Assembly (NCBI GenBank): GCA_030390025.1
Contig: CM059446.1
Span: forward strand, 8,308,001 to 8,372,000
From: Squalus acanthias
Taxonomy: Eukaryota
Direction of reading: 5' to 3'
Length of the DNA stretch: 64,000 nucleotides
How positions within the stretch are numbered: position 1 is the stretch's first letter; every line of letters begins with the position of its first letter. Positions 25,254-36,642 of the stretch are shown here, piece by piece. Below the pieces are notes generated by a model. It saw nothing but the letters and a program-made list of their open reading frames with translations. It ran no database searches and was not told the DNA's origin. The translations under genes were made by a program, and so were the position numbers.

Positions 25254-27539
25254 CAGGGAGAAAGGAATAGAAGGATATACTGATAGGGTGAGATGAAGAG
25301 GGGTGGGATGCAATGTTCCCTCTGAGCTGTGCGGCCATGCAGTAATGGGAAAAGCCCCGCGCAGGCTGCTCACCGGCTTTTCCATTGTAAGTACCGCACA
25401 TGCGCAGAAATTTAAAGGGACCGCTCAGTAAGAGAAACAGCGCAGAACAAAGTGCAGCTCACAGGGAACATTGGTGGGAGGAGGCTTGTGCAGAGCATAA
25501 AGGGTGGCATAGACTGGTTGGGCCGAATGCCCTGTTCCTGTGCTGTAGACGCTATGGCCCCGATATTTACTGAGGCGGGTCTTGTGCGCGGGGCGGCGGG
25601 GCAGAGCCGGGAGTTTTGGCCGGGAATCCCGGAAGTGCAGAAACTGGAAAATATCTGCATTTGCCTCCATAACAACAGTCACTGCGCTTCCAAGTCATGG
25701 ACTTTGGGGAGCTTCTGAGAGACATGATAACGCCCGATATAAATGGAACTCTTTCTTTGCTGTTCAATGTTTTGGGGAAACTGACTATGAGCAGGTGAAG
25801 GGTTACACTGTCTCATCAAACCGATTGACGGTTACATTTATCTACATGGTCGATCAGCCCTCGTCGCTCTGCCCACTCTCTCTGCCGCTTCAGGCTTGCC
25901 TGCCTGCTGCTTCTGAGAATCGTTCCGTCGAGACCATTACCCTCACACACACAGATCTGAGGTTCAGATATGGAATGTCTCTCCGGTAGACAGAACTACA
26001 GCGGAGACTGAGATCAGGCTGGTTCTCTCCTGTGCTTACGGTATTTTCCTTCATATGCTGGTTGGGTGGTAAAGATCCCACAACACTGTTTGAAGAGAGC
26101 CACAGAGATGTCCCAGTGTCCAGACTAACATTCCTCCCTCCAATGTACTTCAAGTAATTCCTTGTATGTAAAATGCTTTGAAATATTTATGAGAGGCATG
26201 CTAGGTGCGAGATAAATGCAAGTCTTTCTTTTGCAATATTGTGTGGCTATTTCAAATTTGACTCATAGAGCATGTGATGGACCCTTAAACTCAGCTGGGC
26301 ACTGCTCTGGAGTGATATTCCCGCTGGTTTCAGTTCCAAGGGGTGTGAGGTTACCCTAACAAAGCGTCCTTACACCAGATGTCCGATTGAGATCAGGCGC
26401 ACAGCCATAGTGTCGTTTCTGACCATTGCAAATCAGAAACTACTTCACAGTGACACAAGTAGTGGTATAACTGCAGCCCGAGAGCGAGTTAGACTGGACA
26501 CTGGGACATCTCTGTGGCTCTCTTCAAACGGTGTTGTGGGATCTTTAACGCCCAACCAGCATATGAAGGAAAATACCATAAGCACAGGAGAGAACCAGCT
26601 TGATCTCAGTCTCCGCTGTAGTTCTGGCTACCGGAGAGACATTCCCATATCTGACCCTCAGATCTGTGTGTGTGAGGGTAATGGTCTCGACGGAACGATT
26701 CTCAGAAGCAGCAGCCAGGCAAGCCCGAAGCGGCAGAGAGAGTGAGCAGAGCGACGAGGGCTGATCGACCATGTAGATAAATGTAACCGTCAATCGGTTT
26801 GATGAGACAGTGTAACCCTCACCTACCCATAATCAGTTTCCCCAAAACATTGAACAGCAAAGAAAGAGTTCCATTTATATCGGGCGTTATCATGTCTCTC
26901 AGAAGCTCCCCAAAGTCCATGACTTGGAAGTGCAGTGACTGTTGTTATGGAGGCAAATGCAGATATTTTCCAGTTTCCGCACTTCCGGGATTCCCGGCCA
27001 AAACTCCCCGCTCTGCCCCGCCGCCCCGCGCACAAGACCCGCCTCAGTAAATATCGGGGCCATAGCATCTACAGCACAGGAACAGGGCATTCGGCCCAAC
27101 CAGTCTATGCCACCCTTTATGCTCTGCACAAGCCTCCTCCCACCAATGTTCCCTGTGAGCTGCACTTTGTTCTGCGCTGTTTCTCTTACTGAGCGGTCCC
27201 TGTAAATTTCTGCGCATGTGCGGTACTTACAATGGAAAAGCCGGTGAGCAGCCTGCGCGGGGCTTTTCCCATCACTGCGTGGCCGCACAGCTCAGAGGGA
27301 ACATTGCATCCCACCCCTCTTCATCTCACCCTATCAGTATATCCTTCTATTCCTTTCTCCCTCGTGTGTTCATCCAGCTTCCCCTTAAACGCATCATTAA
27401 ACAAATAGCTGGTGTGGGGTAGGCGGGAGGGTGTAGATCTGCGAGTGTAAGTAAACACGACTTGCACAGAACTCTTTCCTCAGGGGCAGAGTGCGATTTG
27501 CAGCCAGGCGCAGCCTGCAGTATAACTTGGGTATGACCA

Positions 27540-27600
27540 CATCTGCACCGCTCGCTCTGCGATTACTGGTGTGCAGTCTAACCACAGGCTGACGGAAGAT
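27540..27600 (+). promoter_or_regulatory. Possible lymphoid promoter cluster (E-box, RUNX, ETS) upstream of the leader; mirrored at about 22530-22590
   Basis: CATCTG, AACCACA (27580-27586) and CGGAAG within 60 bp, about 350 bp upstream of the ATG. These are short motifs only. Confidence 0.3.
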
Positions 27601-27936
27601 TCTGCCTTCCTTATAATTTAAAAAAAATGCTATGTGTTCACGAGCTTGGCGTGGAAAGAAATGTGTGTTTCTAGTGGTTTCCTTACTTAGTCATTTCAAA
27701 ATGTAAAACGTTACACCTCCGAGACACGAGGCCTGTGAGCCAGCCTCACAATAGAGATGTTGCAGAGATGTGCCTGGTGCTGCAGAAGCCCAGCCACAAA
27801 CTGCACCCCCCCCCCCCCACCCCCAACACACACCAACACAGCGCAGTTCAATTCTCCCACAGCCCAGTGAAGGACAGGTCACCGACTTGCCAGAATCGAT
27901 CAGATCCAGCGCACCGCCCAGGGGCAAGGACCAAAC

Positions 27937-27976
27937 ATGCTGCCACTCGTTTTCCAGCTCCTGTCCCATCTGACTG
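27937..27976 (+). CDS. Antigen-receptor gene, right copy: leader exon (MLPLVFQLLSHLT/G)
   Basis: aaacATG start, hydrophobic 13 codons plus 1 nt, consensus GTGAGT donor. Phase 1 splices in frame to GVCS-Q at the start of the V exon. Confidence 0.8.
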
Positions 27977-29699
27977 GTGAGTCTTTCTTCTATTCTCTCC
28001 CCCCGTGACGGGGCTCCGCTTGTGCGTCTCGCCAGCACCGACTTTCTAATCGTTCCAGTGAAGCGGTGGAAAGTCTGGGTGGGGTGGAGGGTGGGGAACC
28101 GGCAAAGCCCCTGTCGCTCAGTGCTGGCTCCGCCCGGGATTCCAGCAGCTCCACCTGCTCCCGGTAACTTCACTGGGGTGAAGATTGTAGCTTTTCAGGC
28201 ACAAAGGAGTCATTGTTGTCAATGGGCCCAGACACAACGATCGATTCCGAAATAATCTACTTCTCAGTAAACTATCGTTGGTTTGAAAGTTCAGAACTTA
28301 GATAAAGATATATATATATATATATATATACACATACAGAGTGCCTGTACATACACGGTGTAATGCATGTGTGTGTGTGTGTGTGTGAGCAGTCAGCAGG
28401 TAAACCTAGATTATAAGAAGCCGGCTGTGTTTGAAAGTGTCACCTCACTATCTGCAGTATGTGTGTCTGTACACTCCAGATCCCAGCCTCCCACTCACTA
28501 TTCTGGTACGCGTGAAAAAAGTAAAATTTGATTTTTTAACAAATTGAAAGGAAACTAGCTCGGAAACGCCAACTGATTCTGATGGGGAATCTTTCACTGG
28601 ACTGGACTGATCCTCCCCAACTCACTCCAACAGCATTCTTTGCTCTTTTAACAATTGTTAATTCTCTGCACTCCCACCGCACTAATACAACTTATCTTTC
28701 ATGAATTGATCAACATGAAATAACTGTTGTATATATTCGATATAGCTCTCCCATCTGTGTGTCAATTTACACCTCTAGTGTAGAGTTCAGATCCATTTCA
28801 TTTGTACAGATGGTGTATACGGATTATCTCTTTAATATATTGAAAGTTCACATCTTAAAAATGGCACATCCCCGACTGGCCTCTTTCCGTGCTGTAAATT
28901 TATTTGCATCGCCTGGGTCCCGATACCCATGTCATTTATCAGCCTAATATTCATTTCTATATAGCTCCTCTGTAGTCGCGGGCTGGGTAGTCTCCCTCCC
29001 AGAACGGTGCTGAGATCTCGGCCAGCATCAGGCGCTGCCCAGATGGCGATTGTACCATTTGAATTCTTCCCTCGCGACCCATTTCAAAATCATTTCCGAT
29101 CACCAATCCCTCTTGGATTTTTTAAACGTCCTTTTTGTCTTTAAATTTCCATTTTAACGACCAACATGAAACAGTCAAAAATGCAATCCAGATACGATTC
29201 CAGACATTTCATCCCGTCGGCAACACCGATTAAGAGTCATTTACAATCAAAGAAAGCTCTGGGTGTATGTAGCGCCTTGTCACGACTCGCAGAAACAGCT
29301 TAAGGTGTTTCACAGACGACGAGTTAGTTTGAAATGCTGTGACTATTGTTAAATGGCAAACAAGGATAACCAGTTAACGCACAGCAAGATCCCACAAACA
29401 GCGGTGCGGTGATTGACCAGTTACCCAGCGATTTTTAAGGTGCAAATGTTTGCATTTAAAGCCCACCCGGCCGGATTATTCAGCTGCAGTTCGATCCTCC
29501 TTGTTGAATGTGACAGGCAGGGGTTAATGCTGTTGGAGCGTTAAAGATAGAAAGATTTGCATTTATATAGCGCCTTTCACGACCACCAGACGTCTCAAAG
29601 CGTTTGACAGCCAATGAAGTACTTTTGAAGTGTAGTCACTGTTGTAATTAAATAATGAGGCAGGACCTGGGATAATTAACGCTGCTCCCTTGTTGCTAG

Positions 29700-30013
29700 G
29701 AGTTTGCTCCCAGGTGGCCGTGATTCAGTCTAAGCCGTCGATATCCGTCAGCCAAGGTCAAGAAGCCACCTTCGAATGCCAAATGGTCAATGGCGCCATT
29801 AAGAAATTTAACATGCAGTGGTACCGTCAGTTCCCAGGGCAGGCCCCTCAGCAGATGTTGACTGTAACATACAAAAGCCTTAAACCCGAATATGCGCCAG
29901 GATTTGGGGAGCGTTACAACGCCAACGTGGAGTTGCTAGAAAATGCCTGCCAACTGCTCATTGAGAAGGTCACCGAGGCAGACTCGGGCATGTATTTCTG
30001 TGTCGCTGTTTCT
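29700..30013 (+). CDS. Antigen-receptor gene, right copy: V segment
   Basis: ttgttgctag acceptor. V-set hallmarks: FEC, WYRQFPGQAPQ, EADSGMYFC. Ends directly at CACAGTG. Confidence 0.95.
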
Positions 30014-30052
30014 CACAGTGGTGCTGGCACTCAGCTCCATCATACAAGAACC
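30014..30052 (+). other. 23-bp-spacer recombination signal sequence (V, right copy)
   Basis: CACAGTG + 23 nt + ACAAGAACC (8/9 match to ACAAAAACC). Confidence 0.93.
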
Positions 30053-30907
30053 TCCTCACCTTGATCCGAGCAAGCACCACCATTTGGTGGGATTTCCAAA
30101 GGTCCTTGCACGGAACAGGATAACACTCGCTGGCTGCAGTTTTAGCCCCTGGTAGTTTCTGCCCTGTTCCAGTATAACTCCTGTTGGAATATAGTGGTCT
30201 CTCAGACTCAGATTCCAACAGGAAACACACTGAAATCTACATAACAGCAATCGTTGCACTCCCCAGTAATTCATTGTATGTGAAACACATTGAGCCCTTT
30301 ACTGTAGCAGGGCACTAAAGAAGTATGAATGAATAGGGAGACAGGACTTGCATTTATATATCACCTTTCATGCCCTCAGGACATCCCAAAGTGCCCCACA
30401 GCTAACTCATTACTTTTAAAGTGCAGTCACTGTTTTGTAGGCAAATGCAACAGCCAGGCTGCGCACAGCAAGGTCCCGCAAGCAGTAAATAAATGAGTGA
30501 CCAGATAATCTGTTTATTTTTTGCTAGTGCTGGTTGAGCGAATCATTTTGGCCAGGACACCGGGGAGAACTCCTCTGCTCTTCCTCAAATAGTGCCACGG
30601 GATCTTCTCCGTCCACCTGAACAGGCAAACGGGGCCTCGGTTTAACGTCTCATCCCAAAGACGGCACCTCTGACAGTGCAGCACTCCCTCAGCACCGCAC
30701 TGAAGGGTCAGCCTGGATTCTCTGCGCAAGTCCTAGAGTGAGACTCGAACCCACAACCTTCTGGCTGCCGACTGAGGCAAGAACGGCAACTTTGACAATT
30801 TTCAAGAAGTGTAATTGTAAGGAGTTAATCGGATTTATTGTAGAGGTGACATGCAGCTCCTAACTCATTTCTCCTTTAAACACCAGTGAGAGAGTGACCC
30901 ATGCTGC

Positions 30908-30935
30908 CATTATTATACAGCTCTGTACCACTGTG
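30908..30935 (-). other. 12-bp-spacer recombination signal sequence (J, right copy)
   Basis: On the minus strand: CACAGTG + gtacagagctgt (12 nt) + ATAATAATG (5/9 nonamer match). Abuts the J. Confidence 0.8.
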
Positions 30936-30985
30936 GGATGACACGAATTATATATTTGGTGACGGATCTCAGCTCATCGTGTCTG
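30936..30985 (+). CDS. Antigen-receptor gene, right copy: J segment (DDTNYIFGDGSQLIVS)
   Basis: FGXG motif, preceded by CACTGTG, followed by a GTAAG donor in phase 1. Confidence 0.93.
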
Positions 30986-31305
30986 GTAAGCAGTATTTTC
31001 AATATTTCCGACCGTCATTGCATGGCAATATTTCCCTTAGCTCCCCGCATTTGAATGTTTAAAATTTGCCTCTATTTGATTAAGTAATTTACCTGTTCAT
31101 TTTAAATATTTAATATTTCTGTTGTGCAGAATGAATTATTTGAGCGATTTGCTACATTGAACACTTTATATTTGTAACAACGCATTTAAATATCTCGAAG
31201 AGGATTTTATTTTCATTCGGGCCGTTTTGAATGTGCGGGTAACTTTGTCATTAATCTGTGTTGTCTTTCCCCCCCCACCCCCACCCCATTCCTTTTTTTA
31301 AAAAG

Positions 31306-31632
31306 AGGGAGAGCCACGCGTCTCCCCTCCAAAGTTGTTCATGTTTGCTCCCTCGGAGAAGGAGCTGGCAAAGAGCGGCAAAGCCACACTGCTGTGCCTG
31401 GCGATGGGTTTTAACCCGAAACCAATTCGAGTGACCTGGACGGCGAGCAGTGTGAGACGATTGGAGTCGGTCACAAGTCAGCCGGAGCCTGCACGGGGAG
31501 AAGAGAAGTTCAGCGTGGTTAGCGTCTTGTCAATCAGCGCGAAGAAATGGATGAGTGAGGCCAACTTCACCTGCCGGTTGCAGCATGAGAGCAGAGACAT
31601 TTCAGGAGAAATAAGAGGTGGCCGCGACAGTG
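31306..31632 (+). CDS. Antigen-receptor gene, right copy: C1-set constant exon
   Basis: PPKLFMFAPSEKELAKSGKATLLCLAMGFNP..VTW..FSVVSVLSISAKKW....FTCRLQH. Phase-1 acceptor in frame with J, GTGAG donor at 31633, NFT sequon. Confidence 0.93.
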
Positions 31633-32566
31633 GTGAGCAGTCCTCTTCATTCCCGGTTACCAATTTACATAGGATTACATAGGATATACAGCACAGAAAC
31701 AGGCCATTCGGCCCAACCAGTCCATGCTGGCGTTTATGCTCCACTCGAGCCTCCTCCCGTCTTTCCTCATCTAACTCTATCAGCATAACCCTCTATTCCC
31801 TTTTCCCTCATGTGTTTATCTAACCGCCCCTTAAATGCATCTATACTATTCGCTTCGACCACTCCCTGTGGTAGCGAGTTCCACATTCTCACCACTCCCT
31901 GGGTAAAGAAGTTTCTTCTGAATTCCCTATTTGATTTCTTGGTGACTATCTTATATTGATGGCCTCTAGTTTTGCTCTTCCCCACAAGTGGAAACATTCT
32001 CTCTGTATCCACTCTATGAAAACCTTTCATAATTTTAAAGACCTCTACTAGGTCACCCCTCAGCCTTCTCTTTTCCAGAGAAAACAAACCCAGCCTGTTC
32101 ATCCTTTGCTGGTAGGTATACCCTCGCATTTCTGGTATCATCCTTGTAAATCATTTCCACACTCCGTCCAGTGCCTCTGTATCCTTTTTATAATTGGCGA
32201 CCAGAACTGTACACAGTGCTCCAAGTGTGGTCTAACCAAGGTTTACAACCTTCGAGCAGTCTCTGTGTCGGAGTGTCCCTAACTCTCCCCATCCGGAACT
32301 GCTGTTATATTTAGAGTGGGATGTGTACGGGTAGAAATCGAAATGCGTCACGCCCGTTTTTCGGGCGTGAAACGGGCACGAAGCTGACCAGTTTAGCAGT
32401 GGGGCGGCCTGTGTCCAAACTGTGCTGGTGTTGGTCCTGAAAGGATAATTACTAGTCCTAGCCCCTTTAGGGCTACCCCGGATCAGGCGTATTCCTCAGA
32501 CGTTCACTTTCAACTAAAATTTGAGGTAGCCGAATCCTAAAGACGCTTAATTGGGTCTAAAGGTCC

Positions 32567-33580
32567 GGACTATCTCTCGCTAAAGGAAAGGAACAACCTG
32601 AAAATGTTACCGTCCTCCAGATAGCACTTTTAATAAGTTTAGCTAGACTGTAACGTTCCGGATATTATGAGGGTCCGGAAAACTCCCCCAGAATTCTGCA
32701 ACTCCTCACCAAAGAGTGTACAGAGATTGAGTTCGCGAGTTTGATACAGAAGTCTTATGTGAGATCATTCTAAAAATATATAGATTTATTAAAGAACCGA
32801 CATGTAATTTACAGTTAGTGAGTCAATCGCAACATTAACAGTTCCAAAAAGAGAAAGCTTACAATCCTATTATCAGAGAACCTTACTCTCAAATCTTAAC
32901 TTCTCTACAGTTTTACAGTTCTTAAAGTTCTATTCAGGATATCCACCAAAATCAAATACCTTTGATCCCCGAGGTACAAAGAGTTGGAGTCTTACAGAGC
33001 CGCCTCTGAAGCTGAGAATCGCTTTGCCCTTTTAAAGCGAGTCTACTATCCCATTTGAGAGTTCAATATTTATACCCTTTTCCAGTGGTATTTCCTTTAA
33101 GGTTTTCTGCTGATGTAAGCTAATTATCTCTCGTCATTTTTCTGCTGACCCCTGCAATTCTTACAGTCACCTCAGCTGGTAGCATTACAGAATTATTTCT
33201 CTTCTCTAGGTGTTCTAAGTTTACCATAAAAAACTGTGTAACGGCAGGTGTGTTTTACTTGATGTCTTTTTTACAAAGGCAGATGTTTCTTACTTTTATG
33301 TGCTTCTTTACAAAGTGTAAATTAGAACACCTTGTACAGGGTGAACCATTGTTTTGTTCCCAAAGGTCAGCCTGTCGGGAGCCTTTAACCTTCTGTTTCA
33401 ATAAGGTTATTGATTCAGTGTCAACAACTATTTTATCTCTATAGCCAGAATGCTTTCACAGCTTTTTCATAGTTAGGTTTCTAGATTTCCAGACCCAGTT
33501 TGTCATGTTTTAATAAGGCCAGAATTCTTTCATAGAATGGTGTATTTTTCTGAATAGGTTTTATGGCTTATTCCTTCACA
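32567..33580 (-). mobile_element. Probable solo LTR
   Basis: 4-bp TSD gtcc at 32563-32566 and 33581-33584. The minus strand starts TGTG and has TATAAA then AATAAA. The other end is not a canonical CA. Confidence 0.45.
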
Positions 33581-33670
33581 GTCCCACTGCTAAATTCGTG
33601 GGGCCTGTTTGTTAAGCATCCCGGGCGGATGCCTAAAACCAGTATTAGGCCCCTTGAAAATGAAAACTAG

Positions 33671-35305
33671 GGGGGGAGAAATTCGGTATAATCCCGTTTG
33701 GGGACTAAGGGGTAAAAATTCACTTGGTTGCGCCACCCGTTAGCGCCTTAAGAGGGCGCTAATGGGGCGCAAAGCCGCTAACGCCCGGGCGCAGCGATGT
33801 TTGCGCCGCTCGAGAACTTAACTTGAGATTGTGCGGCGGCGCTAAAACTTACCGCTGCGACCACCTGCGCGCGCAGATTGTGACGTCATTCCATGGTGCA
33901 ACGCCCTTGGGGCGCCCCGTAGCAGAAATTGAGTGGCGCCCCCTGCCTTACCGCCTGGTGCTTCCAATGACCAGAAGACTGGAACGCTATCAATCGCTGT
34001 GGGGCTGGGGGGGGCGCTATTTAAAGGGGGCCTCTTCCTGTCTTTTATTGTTGGTGGCATTTTTGAACTACGCATTCTGAGAGAGAGAGGGAGAGACTTC
34101 TGGAGAGATTCAACGTTGTGTGAAGGAGTTTTGGGTACTGAGCAGCACTTTGCAGGTTCATTTTGATTTGCCATTCCTTGTATCGATTTAGCAGAGACCG
34201 TGGGAGCAGCACTCTGAGCTCTTTGCCTGGTGCTCTCCATTGTTCTTTCCAGCACATTTGATGTGCAAGTCTCTCCAGGGCGAGATTCAAGGCAGCAATG
34301 AACAGGATGTGGATGGAAAGCAAGATTAACCATCCCCTTTAAGAACTGGCCCGTGCCATTGTGTGTGTGTTCCATTGCTGACTGACATTACATGAGCTTC
34401 GCCAGCGCTCCGAGTTAGCGCCTCACTGCTCGGCCTTTGCGCCTTAAGAGAGGTGTGCAGCGCCTGCTTTAGCGCTCCACTCACCTCCCGGGGCGGTAAA
34501 AGTGAAGTTTCCCGTCAGTGCCGATAATTAGCGCCAGGCGCTAATATTTGCGTCCGGACGATATTTGCGCCCCAAATGGGGCGCGACCTAATTTCTACCC
34601 CTAAAACTTTAAAAGTTGAAAAACTAGCGCCGGGCACTAATCATTCTCACCTCACGTGAAATTCAGTTTTAGCGCTCCAAGAGGGAAGCGGAGCACTAAA
34701 TCAAGCGCTAACCACTTCTCGTAGGGCGCTAAAGTCTGAGAGCGGGGCGGTAGCGGCAGAGCGCTAAACAATTTTGAGCGCATTGTAAACGGCGCTCTTT
34801 CATCACAGAGGCTGCGTCCCTCGCTTAAAGGGGAGGGCCAATGATGCTGCACAAGCTAGTTGTCATCAGTCCTGTTTTGCAAGGCGACCTGGGCGACTGC
34901 CATTACAGCCTCAAACACTCTCACAAAGTGGAGAGCTTGGACATCTGGCACCAATGAAACATTAAAAACTTTGCGCAGACACCAGACTGGTGCAAATAAT
35001 AAAGGTTGCGCTCGCTGAAAAGCATTCCCTTTAATTACCGCTCCCGAAGCGGCCAGCCGAGTTCACAACGCCTCCTCTCGCAGGAGGCGCGAGTGAATTT
35101 TCCATCCGGGGCGATAATGGGACGCTGCGCACTTTATGACGTCACGATCTGCGAGGCGCTAGAGGCCCAGTCGCTAAGAGTTAGCGCCAGCGCTAAACCA
35201 GCACTGAAGTTTGCGGGCGTCGCTGCATTCGCCGCGCCCGGGCGCCAGCCTCTTAGCACCCCATTGGCGCTAATGGGAGGCGCTAACATACCAAATTTCA
35301 CGGCC
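33671..35305. mobile_element. Nested Harbinger-like MITEs (inner element 33709-34601)
   Basis: Outer element flanked by TAG/TAG, inner by TAA/TAA. ggggNNaaatt-type TIRs. Confidence 0.72.
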
Positions 35306-36642
35306 TAGGGGCCTAATACCTGTTGTGGGCCCTTTTAGAAGTTTCTCCCAAACACCTGCCCCGCTCACAGATCTTCAGCCCCGCTGGCTGTCAGACAAAG
35401 ATAGGTTATGAAATTATTTTATTAAAACAAAACTTTCCTGTGGCATGGTGATTGTCCCCCAACCCGCTTCATGGCCCACTCCAAACCCCCTCCCCCCTCT
35501 TCCCCTCCTGGGACTGAACCCGAGGACCGCTCTCCGCGAGGGAGGCACCACAAAGTGATGTCTCCGTCGGGAGGGCTGCCTGCGGAGGTGCGACCAGCGC
35601 CGGGGATGCTGATGAAGCCCGAGGACCAATTTCCACCCATCCTCGGGCCCCCTTCCTTCGGGCGCGAGCTGGCCCAGACTCCTTTCTACCCCCTCAGTTA
35701 CTGATCGTGGACACGGCGCTTGTAGCGCCAAGATAGCGTGTTTGGGTTGGGCGAAGGAGGCCCTTTAGCCCATTTGATCTCGTCGTTCCCGAACGTCGAC
35801 CCTCCCATCATCCCATTACAGCTGGCTTTTTAACTGAGTCCATTGTTCCGGCCGTACCCACTCTTCCTGGTGAGCCCATTCCAAATGTTGGATCACATCT
35901 GTTGGAAGGAAATAGCTGTCCTACACCCCATGTCCTCTGCCCTCTTGTTCTTCTGCCTTGATGTAAAAGAAAAGGAAGACTTGCATTTCTATAGCGCCTT
36001 TCACAATGCCCCAAAGCACTTCACAGCCAATGAAGTGTAGTCACTGTTGTAATGTAGGAAACTCAGCGGCCAATTTGCGCACAGCAAGATCCCACAAACA
36101 GCAATGTGATAATGCTAATTTTTTTTTAGTAATGTTAGTTGAGGGATAAGTATTGGCCAGGACACTGGGGAGAACTCCCCATGTGTTCTACTGAATAGTG
36201 CCATGTGATCTTTTATGTCCACCTGAGAGAGCAGACGGGGCCTCGGTTTGATGTCTCTTCTGAAAGACAATGACAAGAATCTTGTCATTCATGTGGAAAT
36301 GACTTATGAAATAATACTGGGCGGCCTGCTGGTGGCGCTGTCCAGGGAGAGTATAAATACTCGGGCATGGGCCCAGCTTGCTCAGGACATTCTTTAACAG
36401 GAACTAATGAAGGACACAACTAGACCTCCATGTTGAAAAACAGTTGATTAAAGCCTTGTTTAATACTCAGACCAAGTGCCTAGTAGTTTTCTTATGTCAG
36501 ACGGCACCTCCGACAGTGCAGCACTCCCTCAGTACTGCACTGGGAGAGTCAGCCTAGATTTTTGTGTTCAAGTGGGACTGAACCCACAACCTTCTGACTC
36601 AGAGGCGAGAGTGCTACCAACTGAGCCACGGCTGACATCCTA

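Larger units (their letters stand above)
7261..26129 (-). repeat. Left arm of the inverted segmental duplication
   Basis: Reverse-complement match to 26488-43073 in blocks: 7261-11924 to 37508-43073, about 17955-22774 to 27350-32105, and 25254-26129 to 26488-27360. Confidence 0.92.

Noticed and set aside
26446-26473. CACAGTG heptamer inside the 63-bp breakpoint repeat, suggesting RAG-mediated duplication
   Set aside because: No credible nonamer at 12 or 23 bp, and the breakpoints do not fall at the heptamer edge.
28363-28399. Alternative leader ATG-(GT)n...GCAG/gtaaac
   Set aside because: Built from a microsatellite and not signal-peptide-like. 27937-27976 is a much better candidate.
28902-28909. 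Octamer ATTTGCAT as an IgL-type V promoter
   Set aside because: It lies in the leader-V intron with no signal-peptide exon downstream. An 8-mer is expected by chance in 64 kb.
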